Positions 1-9,588 of a DNA stretch of 64,000 nucleotides are shown here, piece by piece. This stretch comes from an uncultured Candidatus Saccharibacteria bacterium (GTDB taxonomy: Bacteria > Patescibacteriota > Andersenbacteria > UBA10190). Made by a program: the position numbers and the translations under genes. Position 1 is the stretch's first letter, and the number at the start of each line of letters is the position of its first letter. The stretch is from assembly GCA_964371255.1 (NCBI GenBank), contig CAYJKV010000002.1:2553-66552 (forward strand), in the 5' to 3' direction. The notes under the pieces are model-generated. The model did not search any database. It was given only the letters and a program-made list of their open reading frames with translations, and had not been told where the DNA came from.

Positions 1-942
1 GCTTTCCTGTTTCGCCGTCCAGAGCTTTTTGTGTTTTTGCTGGATGTTTTCCGAGATTACTTCATTGGCTGCGGACAAAATCGCCGGACTTGAGCGGTAA
101 TTACGGGTTAAATAAAAAACCTGGCAATCCGGATACTTCTTTTCGAACTGTAGAATATGCTCCACATTGGCGCCGCGCCAGGAATATATTGCCTGATAAT
201 CGTCGCCCACCACACAAATATTCCGATCCGGTCCAATCAGCAACTCCAGCATGCGATCCTGTGGCGGATTTGTGTCCTGATATTCATCCACTAATAAATA
301 TCGCCAGCGCTGCTGGTAAAGCGCTCTTATTTCCTCATGCGCTTCCAATATCTCTATTGGCCGGATAATTAAATCATCAAAATCAAACGCATTATTCTTG
401 CGCAGCAATTGTTCGTATCGGGCAAAGACAGCCGCGGCTGCGTCGCTCACCGGTGAGGGCTGTTCCGCCAGTTGTTTTGGTGTTAAGCGGCTGTTTTTCG
501 CCAATGAGATTTTGTGTTTAAGGGCGGTGGCACTGAACATCTGACGCGATATATTCAGCTCCTTCATGGCCATCTTAATTAATTTTTCACTATCATCGGC
601 ATCACAAATAATAAAGCCTGGTGGTCGGTCAGTTAGCCGGCTTTGCTCGCGCAAAATCCGTACACCCAGACTATGAAAAGTACTAATCATGAGTGGATTC
701 GCCAATTTACCATTCATTATTTTATCCACCCGCTCTTTCATTTCCCTCGCCGCCTTATTGGTAAAGGTCACTGCCAATACCTGTGCCGGTTGTGCTTTTT
801 TAGTAGTTAATAAATAAGCGATGCGATAAGTTAACGCTCTCGTTTTCCCGGACCCTGCTCCCGCCAGCACTAAAATTGGACCATCGGTTGCGGTTACGAC
901 CTGCTGCTGCTGCTCATTCAGCTCCGCCAATAAATTACTCAT
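1..942 (-). CDS. pcrA: ATP-dependent DNA helicase PcrA/UvrD, N-terminal part (runs off window start)
   Basis: Manual translation from ATG at 942: MSNLLAELNEQQQQVVTATDGPILVLAGAGSGKTRALTYRIAYLL...VLAVTFTNKAAREMKERV (SF1 helicase Q motif, I and Ia); later DEYQD and VGDDYQAIYSWRGA. Absent from the ORF track because it is partial. Confidence 0.95.
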   Translation of the reverse strand, partial: MSNLLAELNEQQQQVVTATDGPILVLAGAGSGKTRALTYRIAYLLTTKKAQPAQVLAVTFTNKAAREMKERVDKIMNGKLANPLMISTFHSLGVRILREQSRLTDRPPGFIICDADDSEKLIKMAMKELNISRQMFSATALKHKISLAKNSRLTPKQLAEQPSPVSDAAAAVFARYEQLLRKNNAFDFDDLIIRPIEILEAHEEIRALYQQRWRYLLVDEYQDTNPPQDRMLELLIGPDRNICVVGDDYQAIYSWRGANVEHILQFEKKYPDCQVFYLTRNYRSSPAILSAANEVISENIQQKHKKLWTAKQES

Positions 943-966
943 ATTCGGTATGGTATACTACCTCGT

Positions 967-1920
967 ATGGCTGACCAAACAGCATTTATTGATGTGCATA
1001 GTGTTCACCTCGACTATGTTTTATCCCGCCCATGGTTTTTCTTCTTTGGCGGAAATAAGTCGACACATGCCGCCTTGAACAACATTACCTTTCAATTACC
1101 ACAAGCAACCCAGTGTACTCTCTTCGGTCATACCGCTGCCGGCAAATCCTCCCTCCTGCGTCTGCTAACCGGACAACTGGCGCCCAGCCGAGGCCGTATA
1201 TTAATTAACGGCCGCCGGCCAGACGAAATCAAATCATTATCGGCTGGTTATGTGTCTGCCGAAGAAACCGAAAATAGCCGCGACACCGGCTTTCAGGTAT
1301 TGCAAGCCTATTCCGCTACGCATCAAGTAGCCGACGCCTCGGAGCGGATCAGGCACGTGTGTGACTATCTGCGGCTAAACGAATTTATTCATCGGCCGGC
1401 TGACAGCCTGTCACTTACACAAAAGCTACAGCTCAACCTCGCCCGTGCTGCTATCTCGGATGCCCCACTTATTCTCCTTGATGATGTTACCGACCAACTG
1501 GGTGCGAAATATATGCGCCGTCTGCTGGCGGAACTGTTTCTTGGCCGGACTGTCATTATCGCGACGCGTCAGGCTCGTGCCGCAGACACACTACACTTAC
1601 CGGTGTTATTGCTGCACCACGGCACGCTGGTTCATCAAGGAACGATTGATGCCATTTCGCTTGATTTGTCTTGCCCGCGCGTTGTGGATGTGTGGGTAGA
1701 AGGTCTGCGGTATGATTTATTGCGTCAGTTGCGTCGTCATACCGGTGTTCTGGAAGCACGTCTTATCCCCTCACACCAATTCGCCGGACAGCGACTGCGC
1801 ATCACTTTATTTTCCGCGCGCTATCTGCCGGCTATGTACGACTTGGTTAGCCAGGCTCCCCTTATTAAAGTATTGGAAATACCCCCATCCCTCAATGACA
1901 TCCTTCCTAGGTTATCGTAA
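967..1920 (+). CDS. ABC-type ATP-binding protein with degenerate motifs and a C-terminal extension
   Basis: Walker A GHTAAGKS, signature-like LSLTQK, Walker B ILLDD. Confidence 0.75.
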   Translation: MADQTAFIDVHSVHLDYVLSRPWFFFFGGNKSTHAALNNITFQLPQATQCTLFGHTAAGKSSLLRLLTGQLAPSRGRILINGRRPDEIKSLSAGYVSAEETENSRDTGFQVLQAYSATHQVADASERIRHVCDYLRLNEFIHRPADSLSLTQKLQLNLARAAISDAPLILLDDVTDQLGAKYMRRLLAELFLGRTVIIATRQARAADTLHLPVLLLHHGTLVHQGTIDAISLDLSCPRVVDVWVEGLRYDLLRQLRRHTGVLEARLIPSHQFAGQRLRITLFSARYLPAMYDLVSQAPLIKVLEIPPSLNDILPRLS

Positions 1921-1956
1921 CATCTAACAACCATTACAAAATAACGTCTGACGTAC

Positions 1957-2012
1957 TTGAAAATTATAACTTTGGAATTTATTTGGGTTTTGAAAATTGA
2001 AGCTTGAAAATT
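1957..2012. repeat. Short dispersed TTGAAAATT repeats (x3) between convergent genes
   Basis: Copies at 1957, 1990 and 2004. Confidence 0.7.
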
Positions 2013-2017
2013 GACTA

Positions 2018-2956
2018 TTATGTCTTCAAGTATCTTTGCAGGGCAATAATACTGCTAAACATCGCCAACCCCACAGCCACCGCTAGTTGCAGCCCTAGAA
2101 TGCTAGGCCAGTGGCTAACGGTATATGTATAAATATTAAATGGATCTCCCTGTATATGCCCCTCAAAAAAGAAAGTGGTCAGCGTTGGCGCGACCGCTTT
2201 GATTATAGGCCAGGCAATCGCGCTCGCGATGACAACCGAGATCACCGCCACTAGCACTGACTCAATCACAAACGGCCCACGAATAAACCACCTTGAAGCA
2301 CCAACTAAGTGCATAATATCAATCTCTTCACGGAAGCTATAAATTGCTAACCGCACCGTATTAAACATTATTAGAACAACCAAACTGGCAAACACAAAGC
2401 TAATCACAATGCCAGTGTTCTTAATTGTTTCAATCAAACTGATTAATCGCTCGATAATTAATCTGGAATCTTCAAAATGTACCTCATCAATTAATTCCGC
2501 GAACCTGTCTGTGCCTAAAAATCCGGCAATCGCTTCATAAAACTTAGGTTCTTTGGCCACAATAAACATACTGGATGGCAGCGGATTATCCTCCAATTCC
2601 TGCAAAGACTCTTCGATGAAAGGTTTATTAATATTGCGCTGCCTGAATATTTCGAGCGCTTGCTGGCTGTTGATGATCTGCACTCCCTGCACATCGCTTC
2701 GGCTCTTGACTGTACTCGCTACCTCGTTAATTTGTTGCTCGGTTATCCCATCTTTGAAAGTCACCGACAAATCAACCTTGCGCTCAATGTCCCTGATCAC
2801 TTCTAAACCCAAGACATTAGCGAAATAAAGCAATAACACTACCAACAAAGTAATAGTCATAATAACCAGCGTGGCCAAAGTCAGCCAAATATTACGCCAT
2901 GAATTTTGCAGGGCTGCTTTGCTAACTCGGAAAAAAGATACGCCAATCATAAACAT
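2018..2956 (-). CDS. ftsX: Cell division permease-like protein FtsX
   Basis: 4-TM layout, NPLP motif, REEIDIMHLVGASRWFIRGPF; immediately downstream of ftsE. Confidence 0.93.
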   Translation of the reverse strand: MFMIGVSFFRVSKAALQNSWRNIWLTLATLVIMTITLLVVLLLYFANVLGLEVIRDIERKVDLSVTFKDGITEQQINEVASTVKSRSDVQGVQIINSQQALEIFRQRNINKPFIEESLQELEDNPLPSSMFIVAKEPKFYEAIAGFLGTDRFAELIDEVHFEDSRLIIERLISLIETIKNTGIVISFVFASLVVLIMFNTVRLAIYSFREEIDIMHLVGASRWFIRGPFVIESVLVAVISVVIASAIAWPIIKAVAPTLTTFFFEGHIQGDPFNIYTYTVSHWPSILGLQLAVAVGLAMFSSIIALQRYLKT

Positions 2957-2958
2957 AT

Positions 2959-3639
2959 TTAGAGTTTATAAGTGCCACCCTTTTTATCCGCGACTACCTT
3001 GCCTTGGCTTAACGTGACTACCCGCTTTTTTAGCGCGTTCACGATGTCATTATTATGCGTGGCTAATAATACTGTCGTTCCTAGTTTATTTATCTTGATT
3101 AATAACTGTACAATATCCCATGAGTGTAAGGCGTCCAGATTACCGGTCGGCTCATCCGCTAGCAATATTTGTGGTTTGTAAGCCAAGGCCCGGGCAATCG
3201 CTACCCGTTGCTTTTCGCCGCCGGACAACTCACCTGGATAAGCCGTCGCTTTGTTGGTAAGGTTAACCAGTTTTAATATATGAGGCACTGAGTCGCGTAT
3301 TTCCTTTGTCCGGGCACCACCAACTTCCATAGCGAAAGCGACATTTTCATAGGTAGATTTCTTCGGCAGTAACTTGAAATCTTGAAACACTACGCCAATT
3401 TGCCGCCGCAGATGCGGTACCTGCCATTTTTTAATCTTAGTTATATCCCAACCATCAATAACTATCTTGCCGTTTGTTGGCCGCTCTTCAGCCGAGATCA
3501 GTTTCAGCATCGTTGACTTGCCCGCCCCGCTTTGTCCCACGATAGATACAAAATCACCCGTCGGAATCTTGATGCTGATATCATGCAACGCCGCACTTTC
3601 CCGGCTATATTGTTTCGATACGTTAGAAAATGTAATCAT
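2959..3639 (-). CDS. ftsE: Cell division ATP-binding protein FtsE
   Basis: GQSGAGKST, LRRQIGVVFQDFKLL, LSGGEKQRVAIARA, LLADEPTGNLD. Confidence 0.95.
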   Translation of the reverse strand: MITFSNVSKQYSRESAALHDISIKIPTGDFVSIVGQSGAGKSTMLKLISAEERPTNGKIVIDGWDITKIKKWQVPHLRRQIGVVFQDFKLLPKKSTYENVAFAMEVGGARTKEIRDSVPHILKLVNLTNKATAYPGELSGGEKQRVAIARALAYKPQILLADEPTGNLDALHSWDIVQLLIKINKLGTTVLLATHNNDIVNALKKRVVTLSQGKVVADKKGGTYKL

Positions 3640-3752
3640 CTGGTTTTACTTGGCTTATATGAATTACCTCACGCCACTTAATCTTTACTGCTTTACGTCT
3701 GCTATTATACCACATGCTCTTATCACGCTAGGATTTAATGTTCTCATTACCT

Positions 3753-4842
3753 TTAAAATTCCGGCACAAAACCTGTCAAATCCCCATCTAAAACTTGCTG
3801 CACATTCGATGTTTCTGCTTTGGTGCGGTGATCTTTAACCATTTTATACGGGTGCAGAACATATGACCTGATCTGATTGCCCCAAGCGGCCTTGACGTAA
3901 TCCCCTTTCAACTCCTTCACTGCCTCTGCATGCTGCTCCTCAACTAATAGTTGCAGTTTTGATTGCAGCACTGCCAAGGCGTGCGCTTTATTCTGGCCTT
4001 GCGACCTTTCGTTTTGGCACTGTACGACAATGCCTGTTGGTAGATGGGTAATTCGTACGGCTGAGCTCGTTTTATTAACATGCTGACCGCCTGCGCCTCC
4101 CGCTCGGTAAGTGTCAATCTTTAAATCCGCCGTATCAATGGCTGGCATCTCCTTTGCTTTTAATAGTGGGATAACCTCCACGCGCGCAAAAGAAGTCTGT
4201 CGCAGTTTATCCGCGTTAAACGGGGACTGCCGCACTAGCCGATGTACTCCCCTTTCACCCTTTAATAACCCATAAGCATATCGACCATTAACTTCGAATG
4301 TGCTGTGTTTAATTCCTGCTTCCTCGCCTGTTGCACGGTCTAATACAAACGTCGGCCATGTTTTATTTTCCGCCCACCGTAAATACATTCTCTCCAACAT
4401 TTCCGCCCAGTCCATCGCATCCGTTCCCCCTGCTCCCGCCTGGATTGTGATAATCGCCCCCGCTTTGTCATGTAGTCCGTTAAATTGCAATTGTTTCTCT
4501 CGGCTCTGCATCTCTGCACTAATTTCCTTTAATTCTTCCTCAGCCCAATTAGCCCATTCCTTTTCTGCTTGATCGTCAGAGGTGTCAGATAAATGCCAAT
4601 CGGGACTGCTTAAGTCCTTGAGTCTTTCTTTTGTTGTCTTATACCACTGTACGTCGTCGGTTATCTCCGATAATTCTTTTTGTATCTCTTGTAGGGCGGG
4701 TGTCCAAGTACTCGTCTGATCTAAATCAGACTCAATCCTCTTGATTCTTTCTTCCTTATTTCGTAACTCAAAGAGAGTCGGCTACTTTTTGCAGCCGTTG
4801 TTCGAGTTCAGCAATTTGCGCCTGTATTTCCTGTTTGTTCAT
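3753..4842 (-). CDS. prfB: Peptide chain release factor 2, expressed by programmed +1 frameshift after codon 24 (about 362 aa)
   Basis: ATG at 4842 gives MNKQEIQAQIAELEQRLQKVADSL then CTT TGA (4773-4768); the +1 frame from 4769 is open to 3753 and has the SPF and GGQ motifs. Confidence 0.95.
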
Positions 4843-5007
4843 AAACAAACCCTATATGATCCTTATCCCAAAATCAACCATCCCTTGGTACGTCTAAATT
4901 TGTTGAATTGCTGCATTACCGACTCCTTTACGGAGTCTCATATGTATCTGAACTTATGCATGCCCCGCCTAAAATTTCCAGAAAAGAAAAAAATTTAATT
5001 TATTTTG

Positions 5008-5078
5008 AGCCGAAGACGGGAATCGAACCCATGTCTCTGCTTTACGAAAGCATTGCTTTACCACTAAGCTACATCGGC
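5008..5078 (-). tRNA. tRNA-Thr(CGT), CCA not encoded
   Basis: GCCGATGTAGCTTAGTGGTAAAGCAATGCT-TTCGTAA-AGCAGAGACATGGGTTCGATTCCCGTCTTCGGCT folds as a cloverleaf. Confidence 0.92.
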
Positions 5079-5239
5079 ATATACGTTAAATAAAGCTTGC
5101 CACGTGGGCGCTTCAGCGCCTTTATGTGACTACTTCTACCGTGGCCCTTTTATAATATATCCTAGCCAATCAATCAAGAAATATACCCATCGTCTCCTCG
5201 CGCTGTTTAGAATTTATAATTTTAAAATTTTAGATTTGT

Positions 5240-5426
5240 CTTGCCCGCCGACTTGCTGCGCCCATCCGAAGTCCCCTGGCGAAGGAGGGTCCATCATAGC
5301 TTTAGCGTAGGATGAAGCATTATGCGAAGGATGGGTTTCGGATTTAAAGTTTTTCGTTATTTTTGATTTGTTTCGGATTTCTTTAGTTTCTCCCTAGGGG
5401 ACCCCATAGGGGGGATTTCGGATTTA
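5240..5426. repeat. Patchwork of REP-like palindromes (TAGCTTTAGCG core; CCCTAGGGG) and TTTCGGATTT repeats (x3)
   Basis: Direct inspection; TAGCTTTAGCG at 5297 recurs at 33588. Confidence 0.6.
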
Positions 5427-5444
5427 AGCCTTAGGCTCTACCAC

Positions 5445-5882
5445 TTATTCTCTCCGATATTTCCCTACTAATTCCGTCTGATCTATGACATGTCCTTCCA
5501 TCGCTCTCCCCACTTCTTGTTTAGACGCTCCCTCGCCTAAGGCTAACATCGTATCTAGGGCATATAACTTAAAAAAATATCGATGTTCTCCGCTTGGCGG
5601 ACACGGGCCGTGGTACTTTAAATTGCCGCTCGTCCCTAAACCGTGTATTCCTGACGGTTCAGCCCCCTCTTCTATCTGTACAATATCGGGTGAAATATTA
5701 AACACAATCCAATGGTCCCAGATTCCCGCAGGCGCATCCGGATCATCCATGATTAAAGCTAGGCTTTTCGCGCGCTCTGGCACCCCGCTAATCTGTAGCG
5801 ATGGATTAATATCATCCCCATCGCACGTATACTTAGCCGGCAACAAGTCATTATGGCTAAAATTACCACTGCTTAAACGCAT
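5445..5882 (-). CDS. YbhB/YbcL family (PEBP/Raf kinase inhibitor-like) protein
   Basis: KYTCDG, DDPDAP, WDHWIVFNI, YHGPCPPSGEHRYFFKLYALD. Confidence 0.93.
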   Translation of the reverse strand: MRLSSGNFSHNDLLPAKYTCDGDDINPSLQISGVPERAKSLALIMDDPDAPAGIWDHWIVFNISPDIVQIEEGAEPSGIHGLGTSGNLKYHGPCPPSGEHRYFFKLYALDTMLALGEGASKQEVGRAMEGHVIDQTELVGKYRRE

Positions 5883-5886
5883 CTAT

Positions 5887-6174
5887 TTATTTTTTTATTC
5901 CTTCGCTCAAAACAGTCCCCTCCTGAGCCAACAACTTGGCTTTGTTTAGTCCGCCTCTGTTATATCCCCCCAGCGCTCCGCTGGACAAAATCACGCGATG
6001 ACAAGGCACCTCGCTGTCATAGTTCTTATGCAAAACGTTCCCGACCGCTCGATACGCCTTGGGATTTCCCGCTAATGTCGCTACCTCTTTATAAGTTATT
6101 GTCCTACCCCGCGGAATTGTTTTAACCACCGCTCTCACCCGTTCCGCGAAACTGTTAATAGCTTTACGCATCAC
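5887..6174 (-). CDS. Short methylated-DNA-protein-cysteine methyltransferase (MGMT C-terminal domain only)
   Basis: IPRGRTITYKEVA, RAVG, PCHRV active-site motif. Confidence 0.9.
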   Translation of the reverse strand: MMRKAINSFAERVRAVVKTIPRGRTITYKEVATLAGNPKAYRAVGNVLHKNYDSEVPCHRVILSSGALGGYNRGGLNKAKLLAQEGTVLSEGIKK

Positions 6175-6191
6175 AAAAAGCTCACTCGTCG

Positions 6192-7454
6192 TTATTGAGG
6201 GGCGGCTTCTAATGTCACCCTAGCTGTTTTTTCCTGGCCTTTACTAAGTATTTTAAGACTAAGTTCGTCCCCCACTTTTCTTTTTTGCACCAAGCTAGAA
6301 AGTGTTTTGGTCCCTTCAATCTTTTCTCCATCTATCTCCAAAATAATGTCTCCCTCCACAATGCCGGCTTTATCGGCCGGGGATCCTGGCATAACCGCCA
6401 ATTCCTCCGCTGACGCTCCTCGCACCACTAACGCTCCATTACTGACGGCTAAATTATTCTTTTCAACCAGCGGCGGGGTAATCATAGCGTACCGAATCCC
6501 AATATAAGCTCGTTCAATTTTGCCCGTTTGTTTGACAGACTCCAGTGTCTCTTTAGCCACATTAGCTGGTAAGGCGAACCCGATATTTTCGGAGCCTAAC
6601 GCCACTGCCACATTCACGCCGATCACTTGCCCGCTTAAATTAACCAAGGGACCACCGGAATTTCCCGGATTAATGGCCGCGTCTGTTTGGATAACTTCAT
6701 CTAACTGCTCGGACTGGCCCATATTATCTCCAGCCGTAATAGATCTGGCTAATCCAGAGATGACGCCGACCGAAACGGTGTTCCGAAACTCCGCTAAAGC
6801 GTTGCCGATCGCAATTGCAGTCTGCCCTACCTTCAAGTGATCTGAATCAGCGAATTCTAAGAATGGCAGGTCGCTGCCTTCCACCTTAATAATCGCTAAG
6901 TCGTTTACTGTGTCCTTGGCGAGCACCGTCGCATCAAACTTTGTGCCATCGTTGCGAAACACTGTATATTCTGCCTCCTCCTGATCTACTACGTGTCTAT
7001 TCGTGACAATTAAACCATCGGCCGACACAATAAATCCTGATCCGCCGCCCACTTCCTGTTTCTCTGTCCCGTTCTGTCGGTACTGCGGTACTCGCAGATT
7101 AAACGGGGAGAAAAAATTACTTCCGCCAAAGAAATCGTTGAACGGATCAAACGGCACTTCCGGTGAGTCCTGATAATATCTTTCAATAATCGGCACATCC
7201 CTAGTTACCACGATGGATACCACCGCCGGATTGGCCTTCTCCACGGCCTTGACCACACTCGATTCCTCGTCGCTGGATGTTCTTAATGATTCATCTGTCG
7301 GCTCCTCTTGTTGCACACCAATGTTTGAATTCCAAGATTGGCTGCCTTGGAAAAACTTCGCCGCCTGCGGACTGTTTTGGTAAAGCATAATCATCAGCGC
7401 CCCACCAACCGCACCCCCTAATACGCTCCATAAAATATCAGTCCCTTTTTTCAT
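6192..7454 (-). CDS. HtrA/DegP-family serine protease (N-terminal TM, trypsin domain, PDZ)
   Basis: GSGFIVS, VTNRHVV, QTDAAINPGNSGGPL, C-terminal PDZ; start set at MKKGTD (7454). Confidence 0.93.
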   Translation of the reverse strand: MKKGTDILWSVLGGAVGGALMIMLYQNSPQAAKFFQGSQSWNSNIGVQQEEPTDESLRTSSDEESSVVKAVEKANPAVVSIVVTRDVPIIERYYQDSPEVPFDPFNDFFGGSNFFSPFNLRVPQYRQNGTEKQEVGGGSGFIVSADGLIVTNRHVVDQEEAEYTVFRNDGTKFDATVLAKDTVNDLAIIKVEGSDLPFLEFADSDHLKVGQTAIAIGNALAEFRNTVSVGVISGLARSITAGDNMGQSEQLDEVIQTDAAINPGNSGGPLVNLSGQVIGVNVAVALGSENIGFALPANVAKETLESVKQTGKIERAYIGIRYAMITPPLVEKNNLAVSNGALVVRGASAEELAVMPGSPADKAGIVEGDIILEIDGEKIEGTKTLSSLVQKRKVGDELSLKILSKGQEKTARVTLEAAPQ

Positions 7455-7498
7455 ATTTAATAATTTATAAAGAGTTAAGTCTCTACGCAAGCCAATCT

Positions 7499-7984
7499 TT
7501 ATTTTATGTTCTTAATGTATTTCAAAATATTCCAGCACGACCGGTGTACATTCGCTTGTGACAAAGAATCAGCCGTCAAAAATTGAATATCAACGGAATC
7601 TTCGCCATTTGGCGTCAGTTTACCGCTGATCTTTTCCACCTCGAAAAACATTAAGATTCCATGAGCGTCTTCATTGTTGTATGTAAAATAGGCGTCTTCC
7701 ACAGAAATCAACTTACCCACTTTTATCATCAACCCCGTTTCTTCTTTGAATTCTCTAATCAATCCCTCGGTAATCGTCTCGTCTAATTCAATACCACCCC
7801 CCGGCAGGTCAAACTTATCCAGGGCTGGATGTCGCTTGAATAAAACCTTATGAGCATCTCTTAAAATCCCGTAAGCGCTGGGGCGAAATTTAAAATTTTT
7901 AAGTTCTCTTTCATGAATATTATCGAAAAGATCATAGGCTTTTACTTTTTTTGCCGCCGGTTCATTAAATAATTTTTCAGCCAT
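7499..7984 (-). CDS. NUDIX hydrolase
   Basis: Nudix box GGGIELDETITEGLIREFKEETGL; start set at MAEK (7984). Confidence 0.88.
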   Translation of the reverse strand: MAEKLFNEPAAKKVKAYDLFDNIHERELKNFKFRPSAYGILRDAHKVLFKRHPALDKFDLPGGGIELDETITEGLIREFKEETGLMIKVGKLISVEDAYFTYNNEDAHGILMFFEVEKISGKLTPNGEDSVDIQFLTADSLSQANVHRSCWNILKYIKNIK

Positions 7985-8294
7985 ATTTTTAAAGTAGTTA
8001 ATGATTTTTACTGAGCTTATCACATTATATTTTATCGTATATAGCGCCGGACATTTTCCGAGCCTTATCGCAGCTTCATCACAATAGTCCGGCACTCAAC
8101 ATAATGAAATAAATTAATATAGAAGTCATTTTAAAGCTGTTATGCCTCTACTATATTTCAAGTGTATCACGATTAATTTAGTGTATACGGCCAAGAAATT
8201 TGTTTTGACTTCATAGATTTGTCCCCCCTGAGCATCGCAAGTTCCCCCAGTGGCGTCAAGCCATTGAGCGCAAGGTGAGATCGTTCTTCGTCGT

Positions 8295-8382
8295 ACCAGC
8301 GTGCGTCAGCACGCTGGTTTCGTTGCCCGTCACGGAGCGTCGTGAAGCGTGCGGTGCATGCCTATGAATATCATAGGCATGC
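8295..8382. other. Cluster of perfect inverted repeats (10-bp and 12-bp stems)
   Basis: ACCAGCGTGC-gtca-GCACGCTGGT (8295-8318) and GCATGCCTATGA-ata-TCATAGGCATGC (8356-8382). Confidence 0.8.
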
Positions 8383-8544
8383 CGCAACATATTGTGTTTA
8401 GCCATAACAAAACATTAGTTGTGGTTAGCGCGGGGATACTTGCGAACCGCAATTCTGGCAACGGAAAAGCCCATTTGGACGCCAGAAAAAGAACGGGCAC
8501 AACGAGATATGGCAGCAATGATGGTCTAGGTATTAAGAGTACGT

Positions 8545-9588
8545 TCATCCACCCCCGCCCCCAACTGCACCGCCTCCACCGCCTGCTGCACTTCCACCGC
8601 CAGCACCGCCTCCCATACCCCCGCCCCCTGAACTTCCTTCCATTCCGCCGCCTCCCGATGGTCCTGAAGGAGCCTCTGGACTGACTGAAGAGGAGCTTGG
8701 TCCAGTATCAGGAGGGGATATGTTTGGTTCATAGGTTAAACGTTTAGGCTCACCCGGGGCTGCTTCAGGCGTAGCATATTCTTCGCCAACTGGTTCGTAA
8801 GCACCCGTTTCTGGATTAAACTCTGTATCAATTGCATCTTCGTCCACTGCTACATCAGGACGAGCAGCTTCGCCTTGTTGCTCTTGTCCCTGTCTTTTTC
8901 TTTTCATCATCTCTTTGAATATTTCCTCCATTTGTTTTTTTTGCTGAGGAGTAGGAGGTTTCTTCTGCCGCTCTGGTTTCTTATCTTTTTTCTCAAAAAG
9001 TTTTAATGCAGAGTCAATTACCTTTTCTTTGTAATTCTGTGGCACATCATTACTCTCCCGATACCATTGGAGCTTGTTGATAAGCCCAGCGGCTGATTTT
9101 GGATTAACTTTGCCCTCCTTAAAGTCTCGTTCAAGTTTTCGGGCATCTATCATCAGTACGGTCATTTCTGCTATACGCACGTACTGCTTATTTTTTTCGG
9201 GCAATTCGTTCCAACCCTTGCTGCCATCTTCGCTACTATAGTGTGCTAGCACGGCCTTAGATAGATCCTGCATTTTATTGAGCCGACCCGTCTCACCCCG
9301 CGTGTATGCACTATCTACTATCTCGGATATGTCCTCGCTAAAAGGAAACTGCTCAATAAACTCCTTATACTCTGGTAAATCCGTTTTCCAGTCTTCCAGC
9401 ATTTGCTGTTGGTTTTGACCGTCTTCAAAATTATCAACTTTCCAAACACCATCAAGCCAATCAGCTCGATTGGCAACTGCCGTACCTACATCGTGCTCTA
9501 TGGCTATTTCATGTTTTTGAGGCGGCTCAGCTTCGTTAGCCTCCCAGCTACTTGATGCAAAGCCTGATGTTTCGGGAGTATCACGCAT
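8545..9588 (-). CDS. Hypothetical protein, 347 aa, acidic/helical with a Pro/Ser/Gly-rich C-terminal tail
   Basis: Long ORF; start overlaps the upstream stop (TAATG); no family recognised. Confidence 0.8.
   Translation of the reverse strand: MRDTPETSGFASSSWEANEAEPPQKHEIAIEHDVGTAVANRADWLDGVWKVDNFEDGQNQQQMLEDWKTDLPEYKEFIEQFPFSEDISEIVDSAYTRGETGRLNKMQDLSKAVLAHYSSEDGSKGWNELPEKNKQYVRIAEMTVLMIDARKLERDFKEGKVNPKSAAGLINKLQWYRESNDVPQNYKEKVIDSALKLFEKKDKKPERQKKPPTPQQKKQMEEIFKEMMKRKRQGQEQQGEAARPDVAVDEDAIDTEFNPETGAYEPVGEEYATPEAAPGEPKRLTYEPNISPPDTGPSSSSVSPEAPSGPSGGGGMEGSSGGGGMGGGAGGGSAAGGGGGAVGGGGG

Noticed and set aside
5281-5426. GGA-rich plus-strand tract as a CsrB/RsmZ-like sponge RNA
   Set aside because: About eight GGAs are present, but most come from generic TTCGGATTT or REP-like repeats, they are not in ANGGA hairpin loops, and no clear promoter/terminator pair flanks them.
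8330-8548. 72-aa hydrophobic ORF as a confirmed third cassette gene
   Set aside because: The ATGA overlap is suggestive, but the ORF runs through perfect palindromes and has no motif, so it is not listed as a feature.
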